NCBI GenBank assembly: GCA_964495695.1
Contig: CAZBWR010000010.1
Location: forward strand, 4,000-67,999
Direction: 5' to 3'
Length of the DNA stretch: 64,000 bases
Origin: an uncultured Chitinophagales bacterium
GTDB lineage: Bacteria > Bacteroidota > Ignavibacteria > UBA10030 > UBA6906
A program made the translations under genes and the position numbers. The notes under the pieces are model-generated. The model made no database searches. It was not told the DNA's origin and saw only the letters and a list, made by a program, of their open reading frames with translations. How positions within the stretch are numbered: the stretch's first letter is position 1; the number at the start of each line of letters is the position of its first letter. Positions 35,274 to 45,800 of the stretch are shown piece by piece.

Positions 35274-35738
35274 TCAGATGGACACACTTATCGGAGTAAT
35301 GAGAACGCTGTCTCCCTCATAAGAGCGGATGAGGTTTCGGAAGAACTGCGGTACTGTAATCGGCTGGTTTGTGTGCCTATCAAGCCAGACGTGAAGGGAA
35401 ACATTCTCTGCTACCATTATTCCCGTCTTTGCCTGCTCGATGTATCCTTGTATCGCAAAGCTACTGTTCCGGATCCACGATATTCGAGTATGAACTGTGA
35501 GCAGGTCATTGAAACGGGCAGCGGAACGATAGTCAATTTCGTTCCGACCAATGACAACCCGCCAGTCCGTGGCATCGGCATCAGTAACGACAGGAAATCC
35601 TACGCTTTCGAAATACCCCATCCGGCCCACCTCGAAATAATGAAGGTACACCGCGTTATGGACTACTCCCTGCCAATCGACCTCGTTACTCCTCACTCGT
35701 ACCGTTTCAACGTGTCTGAATTTTGATTTATCAATCAT
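35274..35738 (-). CDS. Acyl-CoA thioesterase, 4HBT/YbgC-like hotdog fold
   Basis: 'RVRSNEVDWQGVVHNAVYLHYFEVGRMGYFESVG'. The start is set at ATG 35738, 2 nt after the ltaE stop. Confidence 0.75.
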   Translation of the reverse strand: MIDKSKFRHVETVRVRSNEVDWQGVVHNAVYLHYFEVGRMGYFESVGFPVVTDADATDWRVVIGRNEIDYRSAARFNDLLTVHTRISWIRNSSFAIQGYIEQAKTGIMVAENVSLHVWLDRHTNQPITVPQFFRNLIRSYEGDSVLITPISVSI

Positions 35739-35740
35739 GG

Positions 35741-36778
35741 CTATCCGAACAGTTCCTGAAATACCCTCACGGCCTTTTGCATTTCTTCCATAGATACATC
35801 CAGATGAGTAACAGCGCGAACGCTCATCCAATTACCGGGACTGAGCAAAACTCCCTTGGTTCTGAGTAACGACAGAATCTCATCCGGTTGCTTGCCCGTC
35901 TTCTCAACACCAATCAGGACAATGTTCGTTTGTACGGCTTCAGTATCAATTGTCAACGAGGGCATTTTTGCCAGTTCACCGGCGAAGAATTTCATCTTGG
36001 CATGGTCGTCCGCCAAACGCGTTCGATTATTGTCGAGGGCATAAATTCCGGCTGCGGCGAGTAGGCCGGCCTGCCGCATTCCACCGCCGAATATTTTGCG
36101 GTACTTCCTGGCGCGGGCGACAAAGTGTTTTGAGCCAGCAATGACCGAACCGACTGGAGCTCCGAGTCCTTTCGAGAGACAAACGGAGACAGAATCAAAA
36201 TACGAAGCGTATTCTTTGGGGGATATCCCTGTTACGACACATGCATTCCATAAACGGGCGCCGTCAAGATGATAACCCATTTGCTCGTTTCGTGTCAACT
36301 GATGTATCTCTTTGATTACTTCCAGCGGATAGATCGTCCCACCTGCCCTGTTGTGCGTATTCTCGATCGCCACTAATGCCGACCGGGGCATATAGTACAA
36401 TTTTGGACGGATCGCCCTTTTGATTTGCTCCGCCGTCATCACGCCGCGCTCTCCTTCGATCAAATGAGGCTGGATGGAAGAAAGAAATGCAAGTGCCCCT
36501 GTTTCGTAGTTGAACAGGTGACATCCCTTTTCCATGATGACTTCATCCCCGGGTTGAGTATGAACCTTGATGCAAATTTGATTCGCCATTGTGCCGCTCG
36601 GAACAAAGAGCGCCGCTTCCTTCCCGAGAAGATCGGCAACCTTTGCCTGGAGAGCATTGATTGTCGGGTCTTCACCAAAGACATCGTCTCCCAACTCTGC
36701 TTGTGCCATAGCCATCATCATGCCTGCAGAGGGACGGGTTACCGTGTCGCTTCGAAGGTCAATAATAGATTGAGTCAT
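35741..36778 (-). CDS. ltaE: Low-specificity L-threonine aldolase (PLP-dependent)
   Basis: '[11 protein letters not shown]', 'PSGTMANQ', and the PLP-Lys context '[14 protein letters not shown]'. ATG 36778 overlaps the lnt stop as ATGA. Confidence 0.8.
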   Translation of the reverse strand: MTQSIIDLRSDTVTRPSAGMMMAMAQAELGDDVFGEDPTINALQAKVADLLGKEAALFVPSGTMANQICIKVHTQPGDEVIMEKGCHLFNYETGALAFLSSIQPHLIEGERGVMTAEQIKRAIRPKLYYMPRSALVAIENTHNRAGGTIYPLEVIKEIHQLTRNEQMGYHLDGARLWNACVVTGISPKEYASYFDSVSVCLSKGLGAPVGSVIAGSKHFVARARKYRKIFGGGMRQAGLLAAAGIYALDNNRTRLADDHAKMKFFAGELAKMPSLTIDTEAVQTNIVLIGVEKTGKQPDEILSLLRTKGVLLSPGNWMSVRAVTHLDVSMEEMQKAVRVFQELFG

Positions 36779-38418
36779 GCTGTATCTTTTCCTGATTTCA
36801 AACGAGTTTCGAAAAACAAGCCCAGAACGACAAACAAACCAGAGAGCATACACACACGGCCAATTATATCTCCATAAGTTGTGTAGAACGTCAGGTCGTT
36901 ACGCCTTTCAATCCGCTTGCTGAGTACTGCTTCTGTAAACAATTCCGTTTTTTCATGGACTTTCCCTGTCGGATCGATAAACGAAGAAAATCCTCCGACC
37001 GCACAACGGGCAACCCATCTCCTATTCTCTACTGCTCGGAAGATTGCATACTGATGATGCTGATACGCACCGGACATTCTGTCCCACCAACTGTCGATTG
37101 TAATGATGGAAATGAATTCGGCTCCTCGCTTAACGAACTCCGTCACAAATTCCGGGTACACGGATTCATAGCAGATCAGCGCGCAGAATCTGGCCCCAGA
37201 CTTTTGTTCCTCAAAGACCACCGTATCCCGTCCTATCTGCCATCCTCCGATACCAACACCCCAGCGCAGAAAATCAAAGAAATAGAAGGCATCAGCGTAC
37301 GGAACACGCTCCGCGATAGGCACCATTTTCATCTTCCCGTACCACGGTATGTCGGGAACGCCCGGCTGCATGAAAGCCGCGGCATTGAAAGCATCATAGC
37401 GCTCGCCTGTGGCAGCTATTCGCTTTGCGCTTGGGGGAGCCTTCGTTGTATCATCATAATAGACCGCCTGAGGAAGCCCGAACAGAACCGGAACATTGAT
37501 TTCTTCGATTTTCTCCCGGACCAGCCGTAGTGTGTGCTCATTCCGCGGCGCAAGTATATAATATGGCATCGCCGTTTCCGGCCAAAGGATAATCTCGGGC
37601 CTGGGCACAGAATTCATCTTCATCAATGAATCCGTCATTCGCATGTACAGATCGATGGTTCCTATGCCTGAACTTACCCATTTCTCCCACGGATCGACGT
37701 TCGATTGAACAATCCCGACCGAAACCATCGGATACGAACGGTTCTGTTCGCTCAATGATTTCAGCACAAGCGTTCCATACAAACCGGGAACGACATATAT
37801 CAAGGCGATTACCAGGGCCAAAACAACATTCGCGCGAATGAACTTTACGCCCTTTGCCAGGATTGACTTATACAGACTAAAGCCGAGGACATTCAGAACC
37901 AACATCCAGAGTGAGAGCCCGAGAACTCCGGTGTATTCAACGATCTGTAATCTGGCTTGATTGTATGATTGCGTGTTACCGAGTGTAAGCCACGGGAAGG
38001 ACCACTCACTAAGTGTGTGTGAATACTCGTACCCCACCCAAAACACCGGCAACATCGCCGCAGCGAGGACCCACCCCGTCTTTCGCTTTACGTAGAGATA
38101 CGCTCCCAGAGGAAGAAAGTAGAACAATGGATGGACAAGAATGGTGATCGCTCCTGCAATCATCATGTACGGGTCGTTCATGTGTGCATAGCCGCCCGTC
38201 CAATTCAATGTGATGGCGTGGAACACCACCATAGAAATGTAAATGTACTTCAGCTGCGAACGCAGCCCGCTCACTCTGTCAAGGAGTGCGAGCAACGGAA
38301 TGAGTCCAAAACACGCGAGAATACCGTACGTGCTCGGAGGAAATGCAAAGCCCAGCATACATCCGGAGAGAACAGCGAGGGCGAGATGGCGGAAGCGGGA
38401 TGACTGCTCTTCGTTCAC
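36775..38418 (-). CDS. lnt: Apolipoprotein N-acyltransferase
   Basis: N-terminal polytopic domain plus a CN-hydrolase domain ('ILWPETAMP', '[11 protein letters not shown]'). GTG 38418 overlaps the PAP2 stop as GTGA. Confidence 0.8.
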   Translation of the reverse strand: MNEEQSSRFRHLALAVLSGCMLGFAFPPSTYGILACFGLIPLLALLDRVSGLRSQLKYIYISMVVFHAITLNWTGGYAHMNDPYMMIAGAITILVHPLFYFLPLGAYLYVKRKTGWVLAAAMLPVFWVGYEYSHTLSEWSFPWLTLGNTQSYNQARLQIVEYTGVLGLSLWMLVLNVLGFSLYKSILAKGVKFIRANVVLALVIALIYVVPGLYGTLVLKSLSEQNRSYPMVSVGIVQSNVDPWEKWVSSGIGTIDLYMRMTDSLMKMNSVPRPEIILWPETAMPYYILAPRNEHTLRLVREKIEEINVPVLFGLPQAVYYDDTTKAPPSAKRIAATGERYDAFNAAAFMQPGVPDIPWYGKMKMVPIAERVPYADAFYFFDFLRWGVGIGGWQIGRDTVVFEEQKSGARFCALICYESVYPEFVTEFVKRGAEFISIITIDSWWDRMSGAYQHHQYAIFRAVENRRWVARCAVGGFSSFIDPTGKVHEKTELFTEAVLSKRIERRNDLTFYTTYGDIIGRVCMLSGLFVVLGLFFETRLKSGKDTA

Positions 38419-39002
38419 GCAGGACGCCTCTCGACATGTATAGACGGAACAAGTGTGCGTGTAATCTCTTGCCACGCGCCTACAACGGCAAGCCCGACAA
38501 CCGTGCCGATAACAGCCCCTGCCAGAATATCGGAGGGATAGTGCACCCCGACAGCAACGCGCGACAGCGCAACGAGGCCCGCAAATATGTACAGGTAGAT
38601 CCTCGCCTTCGGATAGTAATACGCAAACAGCGTCGCCACCCCGAAGTTGTTAACCGCATGCGACGACGGGAAAGAGCGCCCGCTGCCGCAACCTACAAGA
38701 AGATGAACCTGTCCCGCAAGTTCAGCGCACGGCCTTAATCGTCCAACCATTGGCTTGATAATGGAACTGCTGAGTTGGTCGCTGAGTGCAAGAAGCGGAA
38801 TGATAAGCAGAGCCACAGTGCGGCCCCTTTTCCCCCCCTTGATGAGAAGCCATAGCCAGATGCCGATCAACACAACCCTAATCGGAAGCTGCTTGTCATA
38901 GTCGGTGAGTATCGGCCATACGACATCTCCGATTGTGTTGGCCAGGCTTTTATTGATGAAAAAGAAAATTGCGAGATCTATCGAGTAAAGAGCCTCAACC
39001 AT
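38415..39002 (-). CDS. PAP2-family phosphatase (undecaprenyl-diphosphate/phosphatidate phosphatase type)
   Basis: Motifs 'KPMVGRLRP', 'SFPSSHA' and 'SRVAVGVHYPSD'. Confidence 0.8.
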   Translation of the reverse strand: MVEALYSIDLAIFFFINKSLANTIGDVVWPILTDYDKQLPIRVVLIGIWLWLLIKGGKRGRTVALLIIPLLALSDQLSSSIIKPMVGRLRPCAELAGQVHLLVGCGSGRSFPSSHAVNNFGVATLFAYYYPKARIYLYIFAGLVALSRVAVGVHYPSDILAGAVIGTVVGLAVVGAWQEITRTLVPSIHVERRPA

Positions 39003-39621
39003 TCGGTTTCTTATTTGGATTTCTATTGATAAATGATACTATCCCCCAGATCGACAGCAGGAGCAATACGAAACCGGTGACAACTTGCGAGTAGGTTGCG
39101 AGGTACGACCCGATCTCCTGCCAGTTATTGCCAAGAGCAAACCCGGCACCTACAAGAATGGCGTTCCATGCCAATGCACTCGCAGCAGATAGGGCTGTTG
39201 TCCGCGCCAGATGCAGTTCCGCCAATCCGGCGAAGAACGAAACGACTGCGCGCGTGCCGGCAAGAAATCTGTTGGCTATAATGAGCCAATAGCCGTAGCG
39301 TTTGAACCAGTTTTCCACCTTCTGGACGGCAGAAGGAGGAATGAACTTGAGTTTCCCCTGCTCGAGAATCCGATCTCCGAATGCATCCCCTATTTTGTAC
39401 ATCGTCATGAAACCGAGAGTGCTCCCCACAGTCGCCGCAATCAACGTTTCTGCAACGCCAGCCCGTCCGATTGCGGCAAGCGAACCCCCAAACACTACAA
39501 TCACATCGCTGGGAAAGGGCGGAAAGATGTTCTCGATGTACGCAATCATAAATACCGCAGCGTACACCATAAACGGATCGACCGACCGCATCCATACAAC
39601 AATCTCTTCAAGCGCCGGCAT
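38995..39621 (-). CDS. DedA/VTT-domain membrane protein
   Basis: 'IENIFPPFPSDVIVVFGG' and 'RFLAGTRAVVSFFAG' are typical DedA signatures. Confidence 0.8.
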   Translation of the reverse strand: MPALEEIVVWMRSVDPFMVYAAVFMIAYIENIFPPFPSDVIVVFGGSLAAIGRAGVAETLIAATVGSTLGFMTMYKIGDAFGDRILEQGKLKFIPPSAVQKVENWFKRYGYWLIIANRFLAGTRAVVSFFAGLAELHLARTTALSAASALAWNAILVGAGFALGNNWQEIGSYLATYSQVVTGFVLLLLSIWGIVSFINRNPNKKPNG

Positions 39622-39625
39622 ACCG

Positions 39626-40105
39626 TTATTCCTTCACGATGGAAGCGACTGCGTGAGCCACGGCCCCCTCTTCCTTGCCGATGAAGCCCAGCCCCTCGTT
39701 TGAGGTGGCCTTGACCGAAACGCAGTCCACCGGAATGGAGAGTGCATCGGCAATGTTGTGGCACATTTGTTCGACATGAGGCAGGATTTTCGGACGCTCG
39801 AGCACGAGCATAGCATCAACATTTACGATCTTGAATCCCCTTGAACTGAGCAGTTCCCCTACATGTTTCATCAGCTTGAGACTCGATATATCCTTGAACT
39901 CAGGATCCGTGTTGGGAAAGTGCTTGCCGATGTCCCCCAAGGCGGCTGCGCCCAGAAGTGCATCCATGAGCGCGTGCAGCAATACGTCTGCATCAGAGTG
40001 ACCGTCAAGGCCTTTCGTGTGCGGGATTTCCACTCCGCCCAACACAAGCCTGCGTCCTTCGGCAAATCGGTGGACGTCAAAACCGAAACCAATCCGCGAA
40101 TAGAT
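39626..40105 (-). CDS. ispF: 2-C-methyl-D-erythritol 2,4-cyclodiphosphate synthase; start codon non-canonical or unresolved
   Basis: '[43 protein letters not shown]...' The conserved N-terminus is encoded upstream of the first GTG (40045), and no ATG/GTG/TTG lies between it and the in-frame TAA at 40145-40147. The 5' end is provisionally placed at ATC 40105. Confidence 0.8.
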   Translation of the reverse strand: MYSRIGFGFDVHRFAEGRRLVLGGVEIPHTKGLDGHSDADVLLHALMDALLGAAALGDIGKHFPNTDPEFKDISSLKLMKHVGELLSSRGFKIVNVDAMLVLERPKILPHVEQMCHNIADALSIPVDCVSVKATSNEGLGFIGKEEGAVAHAVASIVKE

Positions 40106-40109
40106 AAGC

Positions 40110-40385
40110 TTACCTGATTTGAAAATTTGTGTATGATGGGGAACTTAGCTCCAACCACTCCAATCGTAGATTCGTCACGCGGGCCGAGCGCGGCCCGACT
40201 TTAACGACTTTGATTAATTCTTCCAGCAACGACCGATCTGCCTCAGCATCTATTTCCACCTTCCCGTCGGGTAGGTTCCTTACCCATCCTCTTATGCCAA
40301 GACTATCTGCTCGACGGGCAACAAACCAGCGGAACCCGACACCCTGGACCAATCCCTCTACAAGTATGTGAACACGGTTGGACAT
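40110..40385 (-). CDS. acyP: Acylphosphatase
   Basis: 91 aa with '[13 protein letters not shown]' and '[12 protein letters not shown]'. Confidence 0.85.
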   Translation of the reverse strand: MSNRVHILVEGLVQGVGFRWFVARRADSLGIRGWVRNLPDGKVEIDAEADRSLLEELIKVVKVGPRSARVTNLRLEWLELSSPSYTNFQIR

Positions 40386-40428
40386 TTCTGCACATCAAAA
40401 TACACGAGACACGACCGAAATGCAAACG

Positions 40429-42828
40429 CTACTGCACCGTAACCGTAACTGGAGGAGACTCATACCGCTCTTCTCCACGTTGGCCGCGCAACACCATCGT
40501 GTGCGAGCCGCGATGCAGCGAAGCCAATGGAAGCCTGTACCGGAATGGAGGTCGCAGCTGAGCTACTTGTTCATCATTCAGCCACAGAGTAACCTCCCTG
40601 ATGCGGGTATCGACAAAACCTTCCACGAAAATTGTTTGATACTCCTGACGGAGAACCGGATCCATCTTGAAGATTACACCTGATGCCGGTGTATTAATGA
40701 CGATTGGCAGCGAGCGGGGTGCCATTGCTGCAATCTGTTGAGGCGGCTGAGGCAACCCCACCGATCGCGCCCACGCGTCAAACTCCGGCGGATAGACTTC
40801 GAACACTTTTTCCTCGACAAACTCCACTGGTGTGGCTCGCTGAGCAATTCCCCCCGTCCTCCTATCCACGCGCACACGTTTATGCACAATGCAAATAACT
40901 GACGGATCGCTCCCTTCAATGAAGTACTCATACATCGTCCCGGGACAAGCGACACCCGGTCGCATACCCGATGAAGGACAGATAACCGACTTTGTGATTC
41001 CCTCCGGTTTCGGAAAGTTCTCCGACCGGTGATCATCATGCAAGAGCAACATGACATCCCGGAAAAGCGGTGCAGCGCCTGTTATGCCCGACACGAGTTT
41101 CATGGGACGAGCATTGAAATTCCCGACCCAGACGCCGACCGTATACCGTGGACTGTAGCCCAAAGTCCAGTTGTCACGGTAGTCTTTCGAAGTACCTGTC
41201 TTGGCGGCTGCCGGGAACGGAAGGGAGAGTGAACTATGCACGCCAAAAGCCGGAGCTCTGGCCTGACGATCGGAAAGAATATCAGTCAACAGAAATGCAA
41301 CTTGTGGCGACAGTACTTGTCTGGGCACGGACCTGTGCTCTAGCCCATCTTCCGTCTCAAGCCAGTGATGCGGAGCAACGCCAGCCCCATCATTGAGCTT
41401 GATGCTATCGATGTACCGCAGCGGGTGGAACGTCCCGAGATTTGCCAGCATACTGTATGCGTTGGTAAGTTCAAGCAATGAGACCTCACCATTCCCCAGG
41501 GTCAGTCCGAGTCCGTAGAACGAAGCGGGTTTCCGCAAAGATATAAAACCTGCAGCATGCAGCGCTCGTAGCAGCTGCTCGTCGCCGATCCGTTCCAGCG
41601 TTCTCACAGCCGGAACGTTATACGAACACGCCAACGCAATACGCATCCGAACAGGCCCATGATAACGCCGATCATAATTCTCCGGCAAGAAGTCGATCGA
41701 AGCGTCCGAGTTCAACCTTGGGATATCAGCGAGGAGCGAGGCAGGGGTCATACCCGACTCAAGCGCAAGCCCGTACGTGAACGGCTTGAGCGTGGAGCCC
41801 GGCTGCCGTAAAGCGAGAGCCCCGTTCACTTGTCCGTTTGTCGTCGAGTCGAAAAAATCCCCGGAACCGACCAGCGCGACTACTGAGTGGTCTTGATTAT
41901 CGATCACGACAATGGCACCGTTGCTCACAGAATGCCGTTTCAACCGTTGGAGATGTGACTGGAGAAGCAGCTCAAAAGCCTTTTGCTTCTTATAATCGAG
42001 TGTTGTCTTGATTTCAGTGACAAGATCACGCTGTGATTCGGGAATCCGTTGAAGAACCATTGAAGTAAAATGTGGAGCCTTGAATAATGGACTCCGCGGT
42101 TTGATCACCAGCGGTTCACTCGTTGCCCTTTCATACTCGTCATCCGAGATCATTCCCTCCTCTAACATTCTGGAGAGAACATACCGCTGTCGTGTTCTTA
42201 CCCTATCGAGTCTCTTGAACGGATCATTGAGAGATGGAGAATTCGGAATCGCAATGAGGAACGCCGCTTCCGCAAGTGAGAGTTGTGCGGAGGGCTTTGC
42301 AAAATAGAGACGGGACGCAGCATCAATGCCAACCGTCTGATTGCCGAACGACACGCGGTTGAGGTACTGCGTGAGAATATCCTTCTTTGAGAACATTCTT
42401 TCAAGACGAAGGGCATACCACATCTCCCTCACCTTCTCGAAAAGTGTCCGGGGTCGTCGATAGACGTTTCTGATCACTTGCATAGTAATCGTGGATCCGC
42501 CGCTTACAACCCGCTGCTCCCGTGCGTTTTGCAACAGAGCGCGCCCCAAGGCAATCGGATCAACACCGAAGTGGCTTTCAAAGCGCTTATCCTCCGTGGC
42601 TATGGCTGCTTGCATGACATAGCCCGAGATATCGGACAAGTTACTCCAGCGGCCGCGGCCTTCCTCTGCCGACAGCACTTCCCGAAGCAATATGCCGTTC
42701 CGGTCGAGAATTCTGAGCGAGGTGACACGAGCAGGATCGAATACTTGCCGGTCCAGTGGCAGAAAGATCGTTCCAAGAACAATCACCGGCAGCAATCCGG
42801 CAAGCCATATGAGTGTTCTTCTCCTCAC
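40429..42828 (-). CDS. pbpC: Penicillin-binding protein 1C (glycosyltransferase GT51 + transpeptidase + PBP1C C-domain)
   Basis: 'ATEDKRFESHFGVDP', 'GSTLKP' (SxxK), 'SYN' and 'KTGTS'. Its start overlaps the A2M stop by 4 nt, the classical pbpC/yfhM pairing. Confidence 0.85.
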   Translation of the reverse strand: MRRRTLIWLAGLLPVIVLGTIFLPLDRQVFDPARVTSLRILDRNGILLREVLSAEEGRGRWSNLSDISGYVMQAAIATEDKRFESHFGVDPIALGRALLQNAREQRVVSGGSTITMQVIRNVYRRPRTLFEKVREMWYALRLERMFSKKDILTQYLNRVSFGNQTVGIDAASRLYFAKPSAQLSLAEAAFLIAIPNSPSLNDPFKRLDRVRTRQRYVLSRMLEEGMISDDEYERATSEPLVIKPRSPLFKAPHFTSMVLQRIPESQRDLVTEIKTTLDYKKQKAFELLLQSHLQRLKRHSVSNGAIVVIDNQDHSVVALVGSGDFFDSTTNGQVNGALALRQPGSTLKPFTYGLALESGMTPASLLADIPRLNSDASIDFLPENYDRRYHGPVRMRIALACSYNVPAVRTLERIGDEQLLRALHAAGFISLRKPASFYGLGLTLGNGEVSLLELTNAYSMLANLGTFHPLRYIDSIKLNDGAGVAPHHWLETEDGLEHRSVPRQVLSPQVAFLLTDILSDRQARAPAFGVHSSLSLPFPAAAKTGTSKDYRDNWTLGYSPRYTVGVWVGNFNARPMKLVSGITGAAPLFRDVMLLLHDDHRSENFPKPEGITKSVICPSSGMRPGVACPGTMYEYFIEGSDPSVICIVHKRVRVDRRTGGIAQRATPVEFVEEKVFEVYPPEFDAWARSVGLPQPPQQIAAMAPRSLPIVINTPASGVIFKMDPVLRQEYQTIFVEGFVDTRIREVTLWLNDEQVAQLRPPFRYRLPLASLHRGSHTMVLRGQRGEERYESPPVTVTVQ

Positions 42829-45800
42829 CTGACTTCGATCTTTCCATCTGAAGTTCTGCCAAACACCTCGGGCTCGTACATCATTTCTACGTGGGATGCG
42901 GGCAACGTAAACTTGCCGGGGGTACGGGCACGGGCCAAGTATGTGAATGTGTGTACCCCCGCATCCAACTGATCCGCGAAGAGCATAACTTTGTCATCTC
43001 GGAATTCCTTGTGGTTGAATGATCCCCACCACCGGAACTCTTGCCGGCCATCCATCGAGGAGAGAATCCGTCCCAACTCGGAGCTTTCAGTTATGAGAGA
43101 CGTGTTTACCGCTTCAAACCCTGCGGGAAGAGGGTCCTCCACCACAACAAAGTTTCTCCCCTGAGGCGACATTACCCTGATCGTTATCTTGATCAAAGAC
43201 CCTGCTGTGAACGTCTGCTTCTCGGTGCCTTGCTGGGAGTTGAGCAACTCGACGGATTTTGTGATTGCCATACCTTCCTCTGCAGCCTTTGCCGGCTCTT
43301 TCGGAAAATAGCCCATGCGGAAGCCGGCATAAAGCGTACCGGTTCCATCTTTCATGACCGTCAATGGCAGAGATACTCCTCTGCTGAGTTTGTCCAGTGA
43401 TCTCATGGAGCGATCGATTTGGAGCGACCGGCCCTCATATGATTTTTCCAGGAGTTTTTCCGCAGCAAGCTTGATCTCAGCTTTGAATTGTGGAGTCTCA
43501 CGCTCATACTTTCTGTAATATGCCGCGAGCGCCTGAACGACGTGGACGTTCTCTTGTGTGTTCGACCACCTTCCGCCGCGTTGTTGTGTCATTAGCCAAC
43601 GGAGTATTTTAGCCGGGAGATCAGACTCCTTCGGAAACGCATCCGCCTCGATAAGTGCGTGCAGAATGATACCAGTTGTTCTCACATTCGAACTCCAGCA
43701 CCACTCAAGTCCTTGTACCTTCGGCTCCTCGAAGTGTGCCGTCGTCGGATTAACCTTGACAGCATTCAGAAGGTTTTGTGATATCCCTTTGAGCATCTGT
43801 CTGTTTTTGGTGGATATTGCGATTGCCCGGAGCAAATTCGCACGGGCAAACAACGGAAGAGAGTTGAGATTTTTGAAAAGTCCTTCGTAGTAGGCTGGTT
43901 CCGGCGTGCCCAGGGCCGCAAGAGTATAGAGAATCAAGGTCTTTGTGGCTGCCCATGTGTGCTCTGTGTAGGGATATACAGGGCTTCCCCCCTCCCACCG
44001 TAGCACTTCGCGGATAAAATCTGCTCCCTTGCTCAAAATGCGCGAGTCGACGTCGTAGCCATTGTTCTTTGCGGTGGCTAAAACGTACATGGCATACGCG
44101 GAGGAGTATGGCGAATCTCTGTAGTCTCCCGGCCAATAGGCAAACCCGCCATTGTACACTTGGTATCTTCGCAGTTCGTTGAGTGTTGAAACTACCACCT
44201 GATTGAGATTACGACCTTTCAAGGCCTGCAGCCCGAAAACTTCTACCATTTCTCGCCCTACAATTAGCGGCAGAACGGAGCTGCTCTTTTGTTCAATGCA
44301 GCCATACGGGTATGTGAACAAATACTCAACGCCGGACTCAAGACCAGATAAAGCGGTCGACGACGCAGTGACATCCAGTGCTCCAAGGCCCTCGTGAATA
44401 TTCTGCGGAACAATCACCTGAAGGTCAGCTTTGGCTGTGACAGCTCTGTATTCTGCAACAGTTTCTTTCCTTCGGGGAATTTCCAGAGGAATGGTCACTG
44501 TCACGCCATCTGTATGATCCCCCATTCTGGCTTGAAAGGAAAATGTCCCCCTCCCCGTACGATTGACGGCAAACGGAGTCAGTACTTCCTTGCTCTCACC
44601 AGCATCAAGATCAAGCTCCACTGTCTCCCTCCCCTTCATCAAGAGCCCGTCAACAGAGGTACGAATGGCGACTTTACCTTTCTGCTTTGTGTAATTGTGA
44701 ACTACAACACCAGCCTCGAACGAATCTCCCAGCCTTGCGAAACGCGGAACAGAAGCTTGCAAGAGGAGCGGTTTACTGACGGTGAAGCTATTCTCGCCGT
44801 ACCCGAATTCTGCGGCCTTTGTTTGCGCAACAGCCATTATCATAAACGTAGTGAGGTTGTCCGGTAACTTGAACCGAACCACCACCACACCTGCTGAATC
44901 AGTCCGAAGGAATGCGCTCCAATATGCAGTGGATTTGAAATTTCCCCTTGTCTCGATGCCGGCTAAATCTGCACCACCACCCCCGCCTTCATCTTCTCCC
45001 TTCTCACCAAAACTCCTCGCCTGAACAATCTGTGAGCGGGATTCTGTCGTAACAACGGAGAGCGGTCGCTGCCCGTAAAAGGCGTCAAAGGGATCTGGAA
45101 GCCGGTATCCAATGAGGTTCAATGTTCCCTTGTCCGCCACACTTATGGCAACCTCGGCTCGGGCCGGTGCACCTGCAGCATCACGTACATTCAGGGTAAC
45201 CGTTACAGAGTCTCCCGGACGATAGTTCTCCTTGTCCGGATTCGTCTTCAAAGATAGCCGGCGGGTTCCGGGGTCCACCTGCAAGTTTACATACCCGATC
45301 TTGAAGGACGGCCGTCCGACATCCGTAGTCTGATCCAGCTCGGGACGAGTTGTCATCCTACCTTGAAGAAGCACTACAGAAACAAAGACGTTGGGAAGCG
45401 ACTTTCCATCGAGAGGGATGCTGATCTCCGGGGCGCTTCCTTTCAACGTAGCACGCCAATGACGGAGAATTCCCTCACGTTCAACGCTTACCAGAGCAGT
45501 GGCTTCTTCATACGGGTTCTTTACGATGATGCGCGCCGTTTGCCCCGGCTTGTATGTTTGCTTGTCCGCGACAAGTTCGATACGATCATCATTCGTTCGT
45601 TCCCATGCAACGTAATCATCGCCACTTGCATAAAAGTATGCATCGGTACGAATGACATTCCCGCGGCTATCTTTCCCTTCGGCCTGCACCAGGTAGAACC
45701 CTGAAGCATCGGGAGTATAGCTGACAGCGACGGGACTGCTCCCTGTTGTTACCTCCCGTTTGAAAAGTACACTATCGACTGGCTGAGATTCCCATTCAAA

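Noticed and set aside
35193-35726. 177-aa plus-strand ORF opposite the thioesterase gene.
   Set aside because: The minus-strand product has a clear 4HBT hotdog signature and clean coupling to ltaE. The plus-strand ORF starts with TTG in the terminator spacer and has no recognisable features.
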